The notes under the pieces are model-generated. The model made no database searches, was not told the origin of the DNA, and saw nothing but the letters and a program-made list of their open reading frames with translations. DNA of 64,000 nucleotides from Sminthopsis crassicaudata. Lineage: Eukaryota. Every line of letters begins with the position of its first letter. Position 1 is the stretch's first letter. The position numbers and the translations under genes were made by a program. Shown here piece by piece: positions 48,101 to 62,855 of the stretch. The DNA lies in assembly GCF_048593235.1 (NCBI RefSeq), contig NC_133620.1, forward strand, positions 348,988,454 to 349,052,453, written 5' to 3'.

Positions 48101-51100
48101 AGGTGACAGCATAATCCTAAGAAGGAAAGGAAGTAATTTGAGGGGAGAGGATACAGCTTTAACACATTCACTAGAATAATGGGGGGGGAATCTATAGAAT
48201 TTAATTCAGTTTTTAAATGAAGGTTTTATGATTCCTTTTGGGACCAGCAGTAGCATATGAATAGGGTTGGAATGAAGAGAATGCCGAAGAAAAACCTTAG
48301 GTAGAATCGTAGTTATAGGATTGAGCCAATTTATTGGAATGTTTGAAATCCTGAAAATTTACATTCTCACTTCCTATGGTGGTCTTTTCATATTTGTTAA
48401 AAGCGAGAAGCTTATAGTTAGGACTCTGACTTCCCTATTGAATTGCTGCTGCTTCTTATTAGCATTACAGAAAGATGAGATCTACTTTGAAAAGGTTTTA
48501 ATTAGAATTCTCAAAATGATACTAAAATTTTGAGCTCAGAATAAAGTGTTGATGATAGTCAAATAAGGAAGTGGAATCTAGACTAAAAAAAGGAGATTTT
48601 TGAGAGGAGAACCCAAAGATCGTTGTGTGAACTAGGTAGACACAAGAAAGGATGGATTTCTAGAAACAATTGAGCAATTGCTATGTATGGGAGATCTTGA
48701 AATTACTATTAGAAGCAGATTGAGAAAGGCTATGAAGATTTTTTTATAGAAACCACCTCCTTCACAGTTAAATTTCACTGGGGTAAAAAGGGTAAAAAAG
48801 TCTACTTTTTTTCTTAGCTACTGCTTGCTGCTCATTTTTGTTTGTCTTTGTAATGTGGGCAGTATGTGAGTTTAGCTTCCATTTCCATTACTGGAAACGC
48901 TACTTAAAATGCATGCCTTGCCAGTTCTTGTTGAGGGAGAATTATTGTTACAGAAAATATGACCTTTTTTTTTTTTTAGTTGATAGATGATAATGTTTAG
49001 GTTTTAGGATTCCCTTTTGGCAGGGAACCAAAATATGATGAGGTCTAGATTTAGGGTTGTCAGGGAGCCAAATGATGAGATTAGGGATTCTGGTGATTAA
49101 GGAGTTAAATGATGAAGTTAGTAGCAGGTTTGGGGTTTAGGGAACCAAATGGAGAGGTTAGGCTTCCCTACACCCCCTTGGGAATTTGGCACATTGATAG
49201 GGAGTTGTGGGAACCCCTTTCTGGTGGCGCAGAGATTCTCTGTAAAAGAATTTGCAAAGCTGAAAAAACTAGACTTTTTCAGACGTTTATTATTGGCATT
49301 AGGAAGTTAGCCTTTGCTATGCATAAACAGAATAGTGGAGCAATCCTGTAGAAGAAGAAAAGTCTTATTAGGGAAATAGGTGAGGATAAAGAGAGGGTAG
49401 CACTGGAAGAGAATATTATTCTAGCAGGTAGAGGTTTCTTTGGCATAGCATGGCATGTTAGCTCCTCTGCAAAGAGAGGGTTTAATTTTGGCTCTTTTAT
49501 AACAGGAGCTTTGGTTACAAGTGAGGCCTGCTCCATGGGGGCTGGGCTAAAGTGGGTGAAGTTCCAAGTTGGCTCTTTTTATCCACAAGCTGGATTTCAG
49601 CTTGAGCTGCAATTGAGAAAATCTTAGAGTTGAATAGGGTTGGAATTCTCTTGTTTAGGACTGAACCAACCCCACCTAGGTAACAGAATGAAGCTGTTTA
49701 TCTTGTTTCCTTTGGGTGGGGTCCCACAGATGCAGGGTCCAAGTAGAATCTCTCCTTCAAGGAGTTTTAGAGAGTTTCAGGGTCTCTTCTTCATTGATAG
49801 TGGGGATAAATGGTTTTATTGGTAAATGTGAGAGGACCAACGAACTGAAAACTTGGCTGATCTTATAGATAAAGCTTATAGAGTATAAGTTTATGTTCCA
49901 ACAATCGTGTACCAAATGGTTGAAGCTCTGAAGTAAGGCCGCTTATATAGTTAATTGCGCCAAATAATGGCCATATTATGAGGAATGTATGAAAGTATGT
50001 AAGTCAGGACAAAAGTTTCCATAAAGAATGGTTAAACATGGCTAGAATATCCACATTCAGTTGCCCAATCTTTTTTCTAATTTTGCCCTTTTGTGGAGGG
50101 AGAAGAGAATGGTGATGAGTCTTGTGTAGAAGAAAAAGAATTAAATTTGTTTATGCACAACTTTTTCATTTTCATGTAATCATTTTATCTTCTGTAATCT
50201 ATCCTTTGTTTGGTCTTGAACTTTTCCGTTTCTTCATAAAGCTGATAGTAATTTTCTCCTTGTTTTTCTAATTTGTCTGTAATGTGATCTTTTATATATA
50301 GGCCATATATCTATTTGGCACTTTTCTTGGAATGAGGTATTGGTCTCAATCTAATTTCTTTTGTACTGCTATCCAACAATTTTTTTTTTTTTTTTTTAAA
50401 TCAAAGAATGAATCCTGATTCTACTAGCTGGGGTCTTTGTGTGTTTACCAACATAAGTTGGTACTCAATGTATTTTATCTTTATCTTGGGTATCTAATAG
50501 CTTTTTACTCTTTCTATTTTTTAAATCAGTACTAAATTGTTTTGAGATTTACTGCTTTGCAGTATAGTGTGAAGTATGCAACTGTTAGTCTCTTTTGTTC
50601 TCACTTACTTTCCTTATTTCCCATGAGGTTTTTTACCTTTTTTTCCCCCTCTATGTGAATTTCATTATTATTTTTTCTAGTTCTATAAAGTAATCCTTTA
50701 ATAATTTGGTATGGCATTGAATATATTTTTTTGATTAATATTGTAATTTTTATTATATTGACTCATTCTACCCTTGGGCAACAAATATTTTTCAAATTAT
50801 TTAAGTCTTTATTTTTCTAAACAGTGCTTTGTTATTGAATTTATATTGTTCTTATGTATCTTGGTAGATAGACTCCCTCCCAAATTTTAATACATTATGA
50901 AATAATGTTAAATAGCATTTCTCTCTGTTTATCTTCCTATTGGGTTTATTGACAGTATATAGATATGCTGATGATTTGTATGAATTTAGTGTTGTGTATA
51001 ATTTTTTTCTTTTTGTGCCAAATAAAAAGGGTTAAGTGATTTGCCCAGAATTACACAACTAATAAGTCAAGGCTTTGGCTGTGGTCAGATTTGAATTCAG

Positions 51101-52964
51101 GTCCTCCTAACTCTAGGTGTTGGTGCTTCATTCACTAGATCACTTCATTGCCCCATTTTATTTTATATTCTGCAAGTTTGCTAAAATTCCAGTGTATATC
51201 ATATCATCTGCAAAGTCATAAAATTGCATTTCTTTTTTACCTATGTTTATTCCTTTCTTTTTCTTGTCTTATTGTTATTGCCAGTATTATTAATACTAAG
51301 TCAAATAAAAGTGATGACAATGGAAATCCTTATTTCATCCCTGCTTTTGCTGGAAAGAATTCTTGCTTATCTCAGTTGTGTATATAGTGGCAGTTCTTGG
51401 ATTTCATATATATACATTATCATTTTAAGGAAAGGTCCATTTAGTTCTGTGTTTTCTAGAATTTAGAAATGGGTATTGTATTTTTCAAGATTGTTGTGCA
51501 TCTCAATATTTTTTGGTCAATTTAGTTATTAATATGGTTGGTAATAGTTTATAATATGCTGTTTTAGCCTCTTGGCTAATATTTTATTTACTTTTTTTCA
51601 TCTATGTTTATTAAGGATATTGATATTTAGTCGTGTTTTTTCCCCTGCTTTGACACTTCCAGGTTTATAAATCAAGATCATATCTATGTCAGAAAAATAA
51701 TTTGGTAGAATCCCCTCTTTTGCTATTTCTGCAAACAATTTGTGTGATATTAGGAATTGTTTTTTGAATATTTCATAGAATTCAGTAGATCCATCTGACC
51801 TTGAATTTTTGTCTTTAGAAGTTTATATATGGATTATTCCTTTGAAATTGTGTTATTTAAATTCCCTATTCTATATCTGGATATTTTATATTTTCATAAA
51901 TATTTTTGTTAGTTTTATTGGAATAGTTGAGTAAATTGTTTCTAATTTCTTTTATTTTTAATTTATTATGCATTTTTTCATATTTGTTATGGGTAATTTG
52001 GTTTTCCTCTTTCTTTTTGATCAAATTAATAGTTTTATCATCTTCCCTTCCCCACCAAAAAGTTCCTTATTTTAATAATTCATTTGGTTTTTTGTTTTCA
52101 ATTTTGTTTTCTCCTTGTTTTTTTACAACTTCTATTTTGGTGGTTAGTTTTAGAATTCTGTGGTTTTCTAATATTTTTAGTTTCACTTCCAGTTCTTTTT
52201 ATTAATAAAAGTGCTTGCAGATGTAAATTTTTCCCTAAGAATTACTTTGGTTGCTTCTCCCCCAAATTGGCATCAATCATTATTATCATTATTGTCATTA
52301 TCTCTAACAAAATGATTTGTTCTTTGATCTACTAGTTTTTTTTTTTTTAATAGTTTTTTATTTTCAAAATACATGCAAAGGTAGTTGCCAACATTCATCC
52401 TTTCAAAACTTGTGTTCCAAATTTTTCTCTCTCCCTCCTCCCCATTCTCTCCCGCTAGATAGCAAATAATCCATTATAGGTTAAACATGTGTAAGTCTTC
52501 TAAACATACTTCCACATTTATCATGCTGCACAAGAAAAATCAGGTCAAAATGGAAAAAATGGGGAAGGAGAAGCAAGCAAATAACAAAAAAGGGTGAAAT
52601 TACTATGTTGTGATCCACATTCAGTCCCCATGATTCTTTTTCTGGATGCAGATGCCTCTGTCCAGCACAAATCTATTGGAATTGGCCTGAATGACCTCAT
52701 TGTTGAAAAGAGCTACTTCATCAGAATTGATCATAACTGAATCTTGTTGTTGCTGTGTAGAATAATCTCTTGGTTTTATTCACTTAGCATTAGTTCCTGT
52801 AAGTCTCTACATTTCTTTTTGGAATCATCCTGCTGATCATTTCTTATAGAACAATAATATTCCATTACATCCATATACCATAAGTCATTCAGCCATTCCC
52901 CAACTAATGGGCATCCATTCCGTGATCTACTAATCTTTAGGATCAATTACAGTGTTGTTATTTG

Positions 52965-53014
<50 letters not shown>

Positions 53015-56000
53015 CAGTTGGGGATAAGTGACTTGATCAGGGTCACACAGCTTTTGTGATCAAAAAGAGAACTTTTTGATCACTAACATGAAGGCAGAGA
53101 CAGTGGGCCAGGGACATTGTTGACTGTGGCACAGTAGAAGGGTGGAGCTTTTGGTTGGCATTTCTGGTCAGAGGACAGAGTTGAAGCAAAGCCAGAGACA
53201 TCATTCCCCCCCACCCCAGGATTAGAAGTGCTTTCATTTATACCTCTTATTTAAAAAAAATGAGCTGGCAAAGAAATAAATCCACCCCACTCCCACTTTG
53301 GAAATAAACTGTGAGAATAGGGAAGACCAGTATTCATCTTCAGAGGAGGATACTGAAGAAAAAAAGCTTCCACCCCAGAGAGTAACATGAAATGGCTCCC
53401 TGTTCAGAGAGAATTTATAGAACTCAAAAGAGAATTTAAAAGTCAAATGAGAGGCATTGAAGAAAATCAAATAAACAAAGTAAAAAACTACCCAAGAAAA
53501 ACAAGAAGATAATGAAAAAAATTAACCATTTAGAAAAGAAGATACAGAATCTCAGATGAAAATAATTCTTTGAAAATTAAGTCTTGAGACCAAGAAATTA
53601 AACAGATTAAAAAGAATGAAAAAAAAATAGAACAGAACCTGAAACATTATATTTAAAAAAAAAGAGAGAGAGATCTAGAGAACAGACCAAGAAAAGAAAA
53701 TATAAGAATAATTGGACTGCCTAAAAGTTATGACCAAAAAATGGAACTTGACACAATAATGCAAGAAATAAACCAGAAAAATTGTCCTGGAGTAATAGAA
53801 CATTAGGAAAAAGTACAAATAGAAAAAAATCCACCCATTACCACCTCAATGACATCCTTTGTAGAAAACATATTGAAACATTATTGCCAAATTTTGAAAC
53901 CCCCAGATCAAAGAAAATTTTGCAAGAAACAAGAAAAAAAAATTAAAATATGCTGGAGTTACAATTAGAATTGTAGAGGACTTAGCCACAATAAAAGACC
54001 TGCAGGTCTTGGAGTCATATTTACTGACAATCAAAAAAACTAGGCCTGTGGCCAAAAATATCATATTCCACAAAATTATCTATAATATTGAACAAGAAAA
54101 ATGAACATTTATTGAACTTGCAGATTTTCAGGACTATCAACCAAACTTGAACTTAGTAGAAATTTTTACATAAAGAACTAATATAAAAAAATCAATTTCA
54201 AGTAACTCAACATGGACAAATTGGCTTTTTTTGCATGGAAAATTTATAGCATATGTTTAAGGTTGACATCAACAATAGGGTAGCTCAAAAGATGGACAGA
54301 GTTAAGGTAAAAATAATAATTATGTGATACAAATAAAGTACAGAAGAAGAAAAGACAGAGGCATTTTAATGGGGGAGGAATGGTCATAGTTCTGGAATCC
54401 TACATATGTAGGAAACACTACATATATACTATGAAGGATATAGCACCCCCCAAAATCTATAAAGAAATAAGAGAGGAAGGATGGATAGACAGGGAAGCAA
54501 AGGGTGAAGGAAGATGAGGGAAGGTTCCCTGGTAGGGCAAAGTTAAGTAATAGCAAGGCAAGTTAGAAGCAGAATTAAAGCAAAAGGTCAGTAGGGCTAG
54601 AAAAGTCATGTGTCTCTATATATATCTATATCTACATATGTACAAATAAATATATCCTTTCTTAACTATTGCCTGCTTGGGTATAGTGAGGAGGGGAGGA
54701 GGAAGATGAAAGGAGGAAAAAAAGAAAGTAAAAAAAAGGTACACAGTAGAGAATAAAAGAACAATTTACAGGGAAGTAAAGATGGACACTCATGAATGTA
54801 ATTTCTTCTACTAATATATATGCTTTCTTGAATTGGTATTTGTGATATATTTTGAATCCTCCCTGATCTGCTGAGCACATGACAAGAGTTCTGTTTTGTT
54901 TCATTTTGTTTTGTATTCTTTTTTCTATTTTTCTTTTTCTTTTTTTTAATTCTCTTTCTCTAAATTGGAAAAAAAATATCCATAGCAGTTTTCTTCTCAG
55001 GGAAAAAAAAAAAAAGGAAATTGAGGGAATGCCCATTAATTGGGCTTAATAAACCATGTTATGTATTTGTGATAGAATACTAGTGTTATCTAAGAATTGA
55101 TCAGCAAGATGCTCTCGGGGAAAAACAAACATCTGGAAAGCCCTTCAAGAACAAAATGAGATATACTGTACAAAATAATAGCAATGTTCTGGGATGACCA
55201 GCTATGAATGACTGCTATTCTCAGTACAATCATCCAGGACTACTGTGAAGGACTTAGGATGAAAAATCCTCTCAATACACAGAGAAAGATCTGATTGTGT
55301 CTGAATACTGACTGAAGCATGCGTGCTCTCTCTTGCTCTCTCTCTCTCTCAATTTAATTTTTCTTGAAGATTTTTATTTTCATTAGGATGGAAGATCTAT
55401 GTTTTCTTTCACAACTTCACTTTTGTGGAGATGTTACATAATTTCACATGTGGTTTCTTAATTTGTGGGTAGGGATAAGGGAGAAAACCTGAAACTCAAA
55501 AATCTTTAAAAAAAATTTTGATTTGAATGTAACTTGTGAAGAAAAAATACAAAAGAAAAAAAGATAGGTGATAGATGGATGAATGGATAATGTGTAGGCT
55601 CTTTTTTTCTTCACAGATTTCAGGTAATCTAGTGATCCTTAAGTCATTTCTCTTCATTCTGTTTTTTGGATTTTTGATTTTGCTAAGAGATTCTTTACAT
55701 TTTTTTCCTTCAATATTTTTTCTTTTATTGCTATTATTGGTGAATTCTAATATTCAAGAAGTTATTTACTTTAGTAAGATTTTGTATAATCTTTCAAGTT
55801 CTCTTCAGATTTTTTTTCCCATTTCCCCCCTACTGCTCTAATTTTTGTTCTTTTTTGTGTTTGCTCATTCTTCTAGCCTACTTCTTGATTTGAATTTCAT
55901 TTCATTTCATTTCATTTTATTTATTTATTTATTTTTTTAATTTTTATAATTGTAACTTTTTTTGACAGTACATATGCATGGGTAATTTTTTTTGTTAAAC

Positions 56001-59000
56001 GACATTATCCCTTGTATTCCTTTATGTTCCGAATTTTTCCCCTCCTTCCCTCCACCCCCTCCCCTAGATGGCAGGGATTTCCATACATATTAAATATCTT
56101 ATAGTATATCCTAGGTACAATATATGTGTGCAGAACCGAATTTCGTTGTTGTTGTTGTTGTTGCAAAGGAAGAATTGTATTCGGAAGGTAAAAATAATCT
56201 GGGAAGAAAAACCAAAAAAAAAAAAAATGCTTACAGTTTACACTCATTTCCCGGTGTTCCTTTTCTGGATGTAGCTGATTCTGTCCATCATTGCTCAATT
56301 GGAATTGGATTAGCTCTTCTCTATGTTGAAGGTATCCACTTCCATCAGAATACATCCTCATACAGTATCATTGTTGAAGTGTATAATGATCCCCTAGTTC
56401 TACTCGTTTCACTCAGCATCAGTTGATGTAAGTCTCTCCAAGCCTCTCTGTATTCCTCCTGTTGGTCATTTCTTACAGAACAATAATATTCCATAACATT
56501 CATATACCATAATTTACCCAACCATTCTCCAATTGATGGACATCCATTCATCTTCCAGTTTCTAGCCACTATGAAAAGAGCTGCCACAAATATTTTGGCA
56601 CATACAGGTCCCTTTCCCTTCTTTAGTAGTTCCTTGGGGTATAAGCCCAGTAGTAGCACTGCTGGATCAAAGGGTATGCAGTTTGATAACTTTTTGGTCA
56701 TAATTCCAATTGCTCTCCAGAATGGTTGGATTCTTTCACAACTCCACCAACAATGCATCAGTGTCCCAGTTTTCCCACACCCCCTCCAACATTCATCATT
56801 ATTTGTTCCTGTCATTTTAGCCAATCTGACAGGTGTGTAGTGGTATCTCAGAGTTGTCTTAATTTGCATTTCTCTGATCAATAGTGATTTGGAACACTTT
56901 CATATGAGTGGAAATAGTTTTAATTTCATCATCTAAAAATTGTCTATTCATATCCTTTGACCACTTATCAATTGAAGAATGACTTGATTTCTTATAAATT
57001 AAAGTCAATTCTCTGTATATTTTGGAGATGAGGCTTTTATCAGAATCTTTAAGTGTAAAAATGTTTTCCCAGTTTGTTAACTTCCTTTCTAATCTTGTTT
57101 GTATTAGTTTTGTTTGTGCAGAAACTTTTTAATTTGGTATAATCAAAATGTTCTATTTTGTGATCAATAATGGTCTCTAGTTTTCCCTTGGACACAAACT
57201 CCTTCCTCCTCCACAAGTCCGAAAGGTAAACCATCCTATGTTCCTCTAATTTATTTATGATCTTGTTCTTTATGCCTAAATCTTGGACCCATTTTGATCT
57301 TATCTTAGTATGTGGTGTTAAATGTGGGTCCATGCCTAGTTTCTGCCATTGATTTGAATTTTATATTAATGCTGGGCTTTGTAATCTTTATGAGAGTAGA
57401 ACCTGGCCTGAGCCTTTGTCCTCTTACATCCTGTTGCTTTCCCATCTCAGACTGGGGGCCTTGGAGGTTTCAGTGCTCCCAATATGATTATATCTGGGAT
57501 GAGATCCACTCACTGACATCATCTTAGCTCTATAAATTCTTCAGTTAGATTTGGGTCTATCAGCTTATCTCTGTTTTCAAGTTTAATAGACTGCTGGTTT
57601 CAGCCACTATTAACCCACTAGGAGAAACTTTAAGCTTTCCTTCTGGGTTGGGGGTGAGAACTGAGTTCTGGCTCTGCTCATAGGTTGAGCTGTGGCTGGC
57701 TTCCAAACTCATTCCTCACTCAATATGTAGCTAAGGACCGTTCATGCCTGCTATGTTCTATCTCAGTTCTGTGTCATGGAATTGGGTAATACAGAGAAAA
57801 TAGCTGCTACCTTTGTCTAGTTTAGGGAATCCCTGGGATCTTTCTGCCCTGGTATACTATCTTGGTACCCAGGCTTGGCCCTTGAGTTCCTGAGCTTGTA
57901 CCCTATCTGTAGTCTCTACAGGTCTTTTTGTGTCTCCCCAAGCCATGTTGGCTTGGAAAAATGTTCTCTATGGTTTCATCCAAGTTTTTTAGTCAGAATT
58001 CAATATGGTGTTTTCTTGATCTTTGTGTAAGAGATCTCATGGGGAGCTAACTAGGGTATACTACTGTTTCCTTACTCTGCGGTTTTGCCTCTATTCCCTC
58101 CATAATATCTAGCAAGCTCTTTTCTCATCTTTTGGATGTAGTCTGGACAGCTAGTATTTGAATTACAAACTTTTTAGTATGTTATCCAGGTTTTGATAAG
58201 GGCAATACCTTGAACATTATAGAAAATGTCCATAAGCCATTTTGTATTTGCTGCTCTCACTGAAAGAACACATTGTCCCTTAATTAAGGACATTTATTCC
58301 TATCTTCTTTTGTAAGGAGGTGGTATCTAGCTGTTTCTTTGGATTGCCCTCTGGAGGGTACAAACATCTGTAGAAAAGTACTTGTAGCTATAGATCTCTT
58401 AGGTATGAGGTCATCATCCCTGTTGGCATCACTGTAGATTTCAGAACCAGAGTTTCAGTCAGTTGTCTGGGTTTTTTCATTACTTCTCGTAGTTCTCCAT
58501 AATTCTGACAAATATTTCTAAATAGGCTGCATCTTTACTTTGCAAGTCTTAAGAAAAGATAAAGGGATGTAAAATAAATGCCTTTGTTGAATTGTGATTT
58601 TATAAGCTTCAACACTGGTATTATGCCTTCTAGTATTGAGTTTTCCCAAGTTAAGGAAATTCATTTAACAAATATTTGCTTTTAGTGTCTATTACCAACT
58701 AGAATTTTAGGTCAGATTTATTTGGCATGTTTGATATAAATTGAATAAATGTATAGTTTGTGATACATTGTTAGTGGAATTATGAATACATCCAGCCATT
58801 CTGGAGAGCAATTTGGAACTATGCTCAGAAAGTTATCAAACTGTGCATACCCTTTGACCCAGCAGTATTTCTACTGGGCCTATATCCCAAAGAAATACTA
58901 AAGAAGAGAAAGGGACCTGTATGTGCAAGAATGTTTGTGGCAGCCCTCTTTGTAATGGCCAGAAACTGGAAACTAACTACGTGGACACCCATCAACTGGA

Positions 59001-62000
59001 GAATGGCTGAATAAATTGTGGTATATGAATATTATGGAATATTATTGTTCTGTAAGAAATGACCAGCAGGCTGATTTCAGAAAGGCCTAGAGAGACTTAC
59101 ATGAACTGATGCTGAGTGAAATGAGCAGGACCAGGAGATCATTATATATTTCAACAACAATGCTGTATGATGATTAATTCTGAGGGATGTGGCCTCTCCA
59201 ACAATGAGATGAACCAAATCAGTTCCAATAGAGCAGTAATGAACTGAACCATCTCCACCCAGTGAAAGAACTCTGGGAGATGATTATGAACCACTACATG
59301 GAATTCCCAATCCCTCTGATTTTGTCCGCCTGCATTTTGGATTTCCTTCACAGGCTAATTGTACACTGTTTCAAAGTCCTATTCTTTTTGTTCAGCAAAA
59401 CAACTGTTTGAACATGTATACATATATTGTATTTAATTTATACTCTAACATGTTTAATATGTATTGGGCGACCTGCCATGGGGGGGAGGGGAAAAATTGG
59501 AACAAAAGGTTTGGCAGTTGTCAATGTTGTAAAACTACTCATGCATATATCTGGTAAATAAAAACTATTAAAAAAAGAAAAGAAAACCCAAAACCCACAA
59601 AGAGGCAAAGAAAAGCTGGATAACTTAGAAAACAATATGTAGTATTTACTTATATAGATTTCTTGAAATAAAAATTTGTTTATACTGAAAAAAAGAATAA
59701 ATTTATAGTGTGCCTATAGGCAGCAGTTGCTTATTGACCATTATATGTACCTCAGAAATACATTTTTGTTGTTTAGCCATTTTCAATTATGTCCTATGCT
59801 TGGTTACCCCATTTGGAATTTTCTTGGCAAAGATACGGGTGTGGTTGGCCATTTCCTTCTCCAGGTCACTTTACAGATGAAGAAACTATGGCAAACAGAG
59901 TGAAGTAACTTGGCCAGAATTACACAGCTAGGAAGTCTCTATTGCTAGATTTGAACTCTGGAAAATGAGCCTTCCTGATTCCAAGCCCAGCCCACTACCC
60001 AGTGTACCATCTAGCTGCTCATCAGGAAGAAATACCTCAAGAAAAGGATTTCACAATGAAGATGCTTAACAAAACTTGAAATAGATTTTGTTTCCTTTTA
60101 GTTTGGGGGGTCAAAGTGAAATTAACTTATTATTAAGGAATTGATTAGATGCATAGTTTTATGTAGCAAAGGTCACATCCAGAAATTGTTTCACATTCAT
60201 TTTTAAAGGTAGATTTCTTTGAGAACGTAAAAGCAAAAATAAGACCATCAGATTTTATTTGATCGCTCCTCAAATGATAGGCAAATCCTTAATGTGGCAA
60301 AGAGTTGCTATAAGTACATGTGTGTGCTTTACTTTTTTCTCTTATTCTTTTTTTTTTTCTTTATTTCCTTGTAAATTTTTTAAAATTAATTTTATAATTA
60401 TAATTTTTTGATGGTACATATGCATGAGTAATTTTTTTATGACATTATCCCTTGTATTCATTTTTCCAAATTTTCCCCTCCCTCCCTCTACTCCCTCCCC
60501 TAGATGACAGGCAATCCCATACATTTTACATGTGTTACAGTATAACCTAGATACAATATATGTGTGTAAATCCAATTTTCTTGTTGCACATTAAGTATTG
60601 GATTCCGAAGGTATAAGATAGACAGTAGTGCTAACAATTGACATTCACTTCCCAGTGTTCCTTCTCTGGGTGTAGGTATTTCTGTCCATCATTGATCAAC
60701 TGGAAGTGAGTTGGATCTTCTTTATGTTGAAGATTTCCACTTCCATCAGAATACATCCTCATACAGTATTGTTGTTGAAGTGTATAGTGATCTTCTGGTT
60801 CTGCTCATTTCACTCAGCATCAGTTGATGTAAGTCTCTCCAAACCTCTCTGTATTCATCCTGCTGGTCATTTCTTACAGAGCAATAATATTCCATAACCT
60901 TCATATAACATAATTTACCCAACCATTCTCCAACTGATGGACATCCATTCATCTTCCAGTTTCTAGCTACAACAAAAAGAGCTGCCACAAATATTTTGGC
61001 ACATACAGGCCCCTTTCCCTTCTTTAGTATTTCTTTGGGATATAAGCCCAGTAGTAGCACTGCTAGATCAAAGGTATGCACAGTTTGATAACTTTTGGGG
61101 CATAGTTCCAGATTGCTCTCCAGAATGGTTGGATTCTTTCACAACTCCACCAACAATGCATCAGTGTCCCAGTTTTCCCACAGCCCCTCCAACATTCATC
61201 ATTATTTGTTCCTGTCATCTTAGCCAATCTGACAGGTGTGTAGAGGTATCTCAGAGTTGTCTTAATTTGCATTTCTCTGATCAGTAGTGATTTAGAACAC
61301 TCTTTCATATGAGTGGAAATAGTTTCAATTTCATTATCTGAGAATTGTCTGTTCATATCCTTTGACCATTTATCAATTGGAGAATGGTTTGATTTCTTAT
61401 AAATTAGGATCAATTCTCTGTATATTTTGGAAATGAGACCTTTATCAGAACCTTTAAGTGTAAAAATATTTTCCCAATTTGTTACTTCCCTTCTAATCTT
61501 GTTTGCATTAGTATTGTTTGTACAGAAACTTTTTAGTTTGATGGAATCAAAATCTTTTATTTAGTGATCGATAATGATCTCTAGTTCTCCTCTGGTCATA
61601 AATTCCTTCCTCCTCCACAGGTCTGAGAGGTAGACTATCCTCTGTTCCTCTAATCTATTTATGATCTCATTTTCTCTTCTTTCTTAATAATGATATTGCT
61701 GATCAGAGGGTATGCAGAGTTTTTGATTTTGGTGTGGCTTAGTTCTAAATTGTTTTCCAGAAGTCCTAGACTAGTTCACCAACTTCATCTTATTTTAGTG
61801 CATCTCTTTTCTGCAACCCCTTTTATTGTTTTTGATCCAGTTGGACAATCTGATGTATGCATGGTGGAGTTTGTTTTTTCAATTTACCCTTTTCTAATTG
61901 TTAGTGATCTAGGCCACATATGGCTTGGATTTCTTTATTTGGAAACTTGTACACTTTTTAGTTTTATGTGATCAAAATTGTCACTTTTATCTCCTTGTGA

Positions 62001-62822
62001 TCCTTTCTATGCCATGCTTGGTCAAGAACTCTTCCTCATGCATAACTCTCTTTTTCTCTTTTCTAGGTTTTAATGTTATTTATTCCCCTTTCAGTTTTTT
62101 CTTCAGTGTTATTATTTTGTTAGCCCATTTTTATTTGTTCACTTTTTCCAGTCATTCTTATGGCCTTCAAACAAAGCCAATGTTTCCTCCTCTGTAGCTC
62201 TCTAGGTTCTTGTAGAATTATTATTTTTTTTTAATACCTGAGTTTATTTGGGATTACTTTAAACCCATAGTATTTCCGTGTTTTCATCTCCCTTGGTTCC
62301 TCCAACCTGTAAACTCAGGCTAGATTGCTTTTAAGGACAACAAAAAGATTCACTAATAAATGTGGTTTTCTTCCTCTCTCTCAAAAAAAAAAAAAAATTC
62401 TTTTTTTTTTTTTTTTTCCTTTTTTCTTTTTAAATGGTGGCCACATAGTTTATTAATCATAGTGATCATTCTTTAAAAGAGTCACCTGTTTTGAGTTACT
62501 TACACTTACCTTTCTAGAAATTCTGGGGTGCCCAAAGTAAGAGATCAAAGCAGCCTTGTCAGTAAATCATGGGAAGGATTAAACTCAATGGGAAGAGGTA
62601 CAGAATGTACATATTTGATTAAAAACGCCACATACTAAGTGGAGGATTAAACTATATATGTTAAGTAAAGCTTGAGAGTTTTGAGAAAAGAATCAGACAG
62701 GGCCACATACTTTTTAAATTTTGTTCATAGCCACAGCCTCTTTCTTTCTCAGCTGGTATTTAAACATTTTTTTTATTAATTTTTATAATTATAACATTTT
62801 TTTGACAGTACATATGCATAGG

Positions 62823-62855
<33 letters not shown>

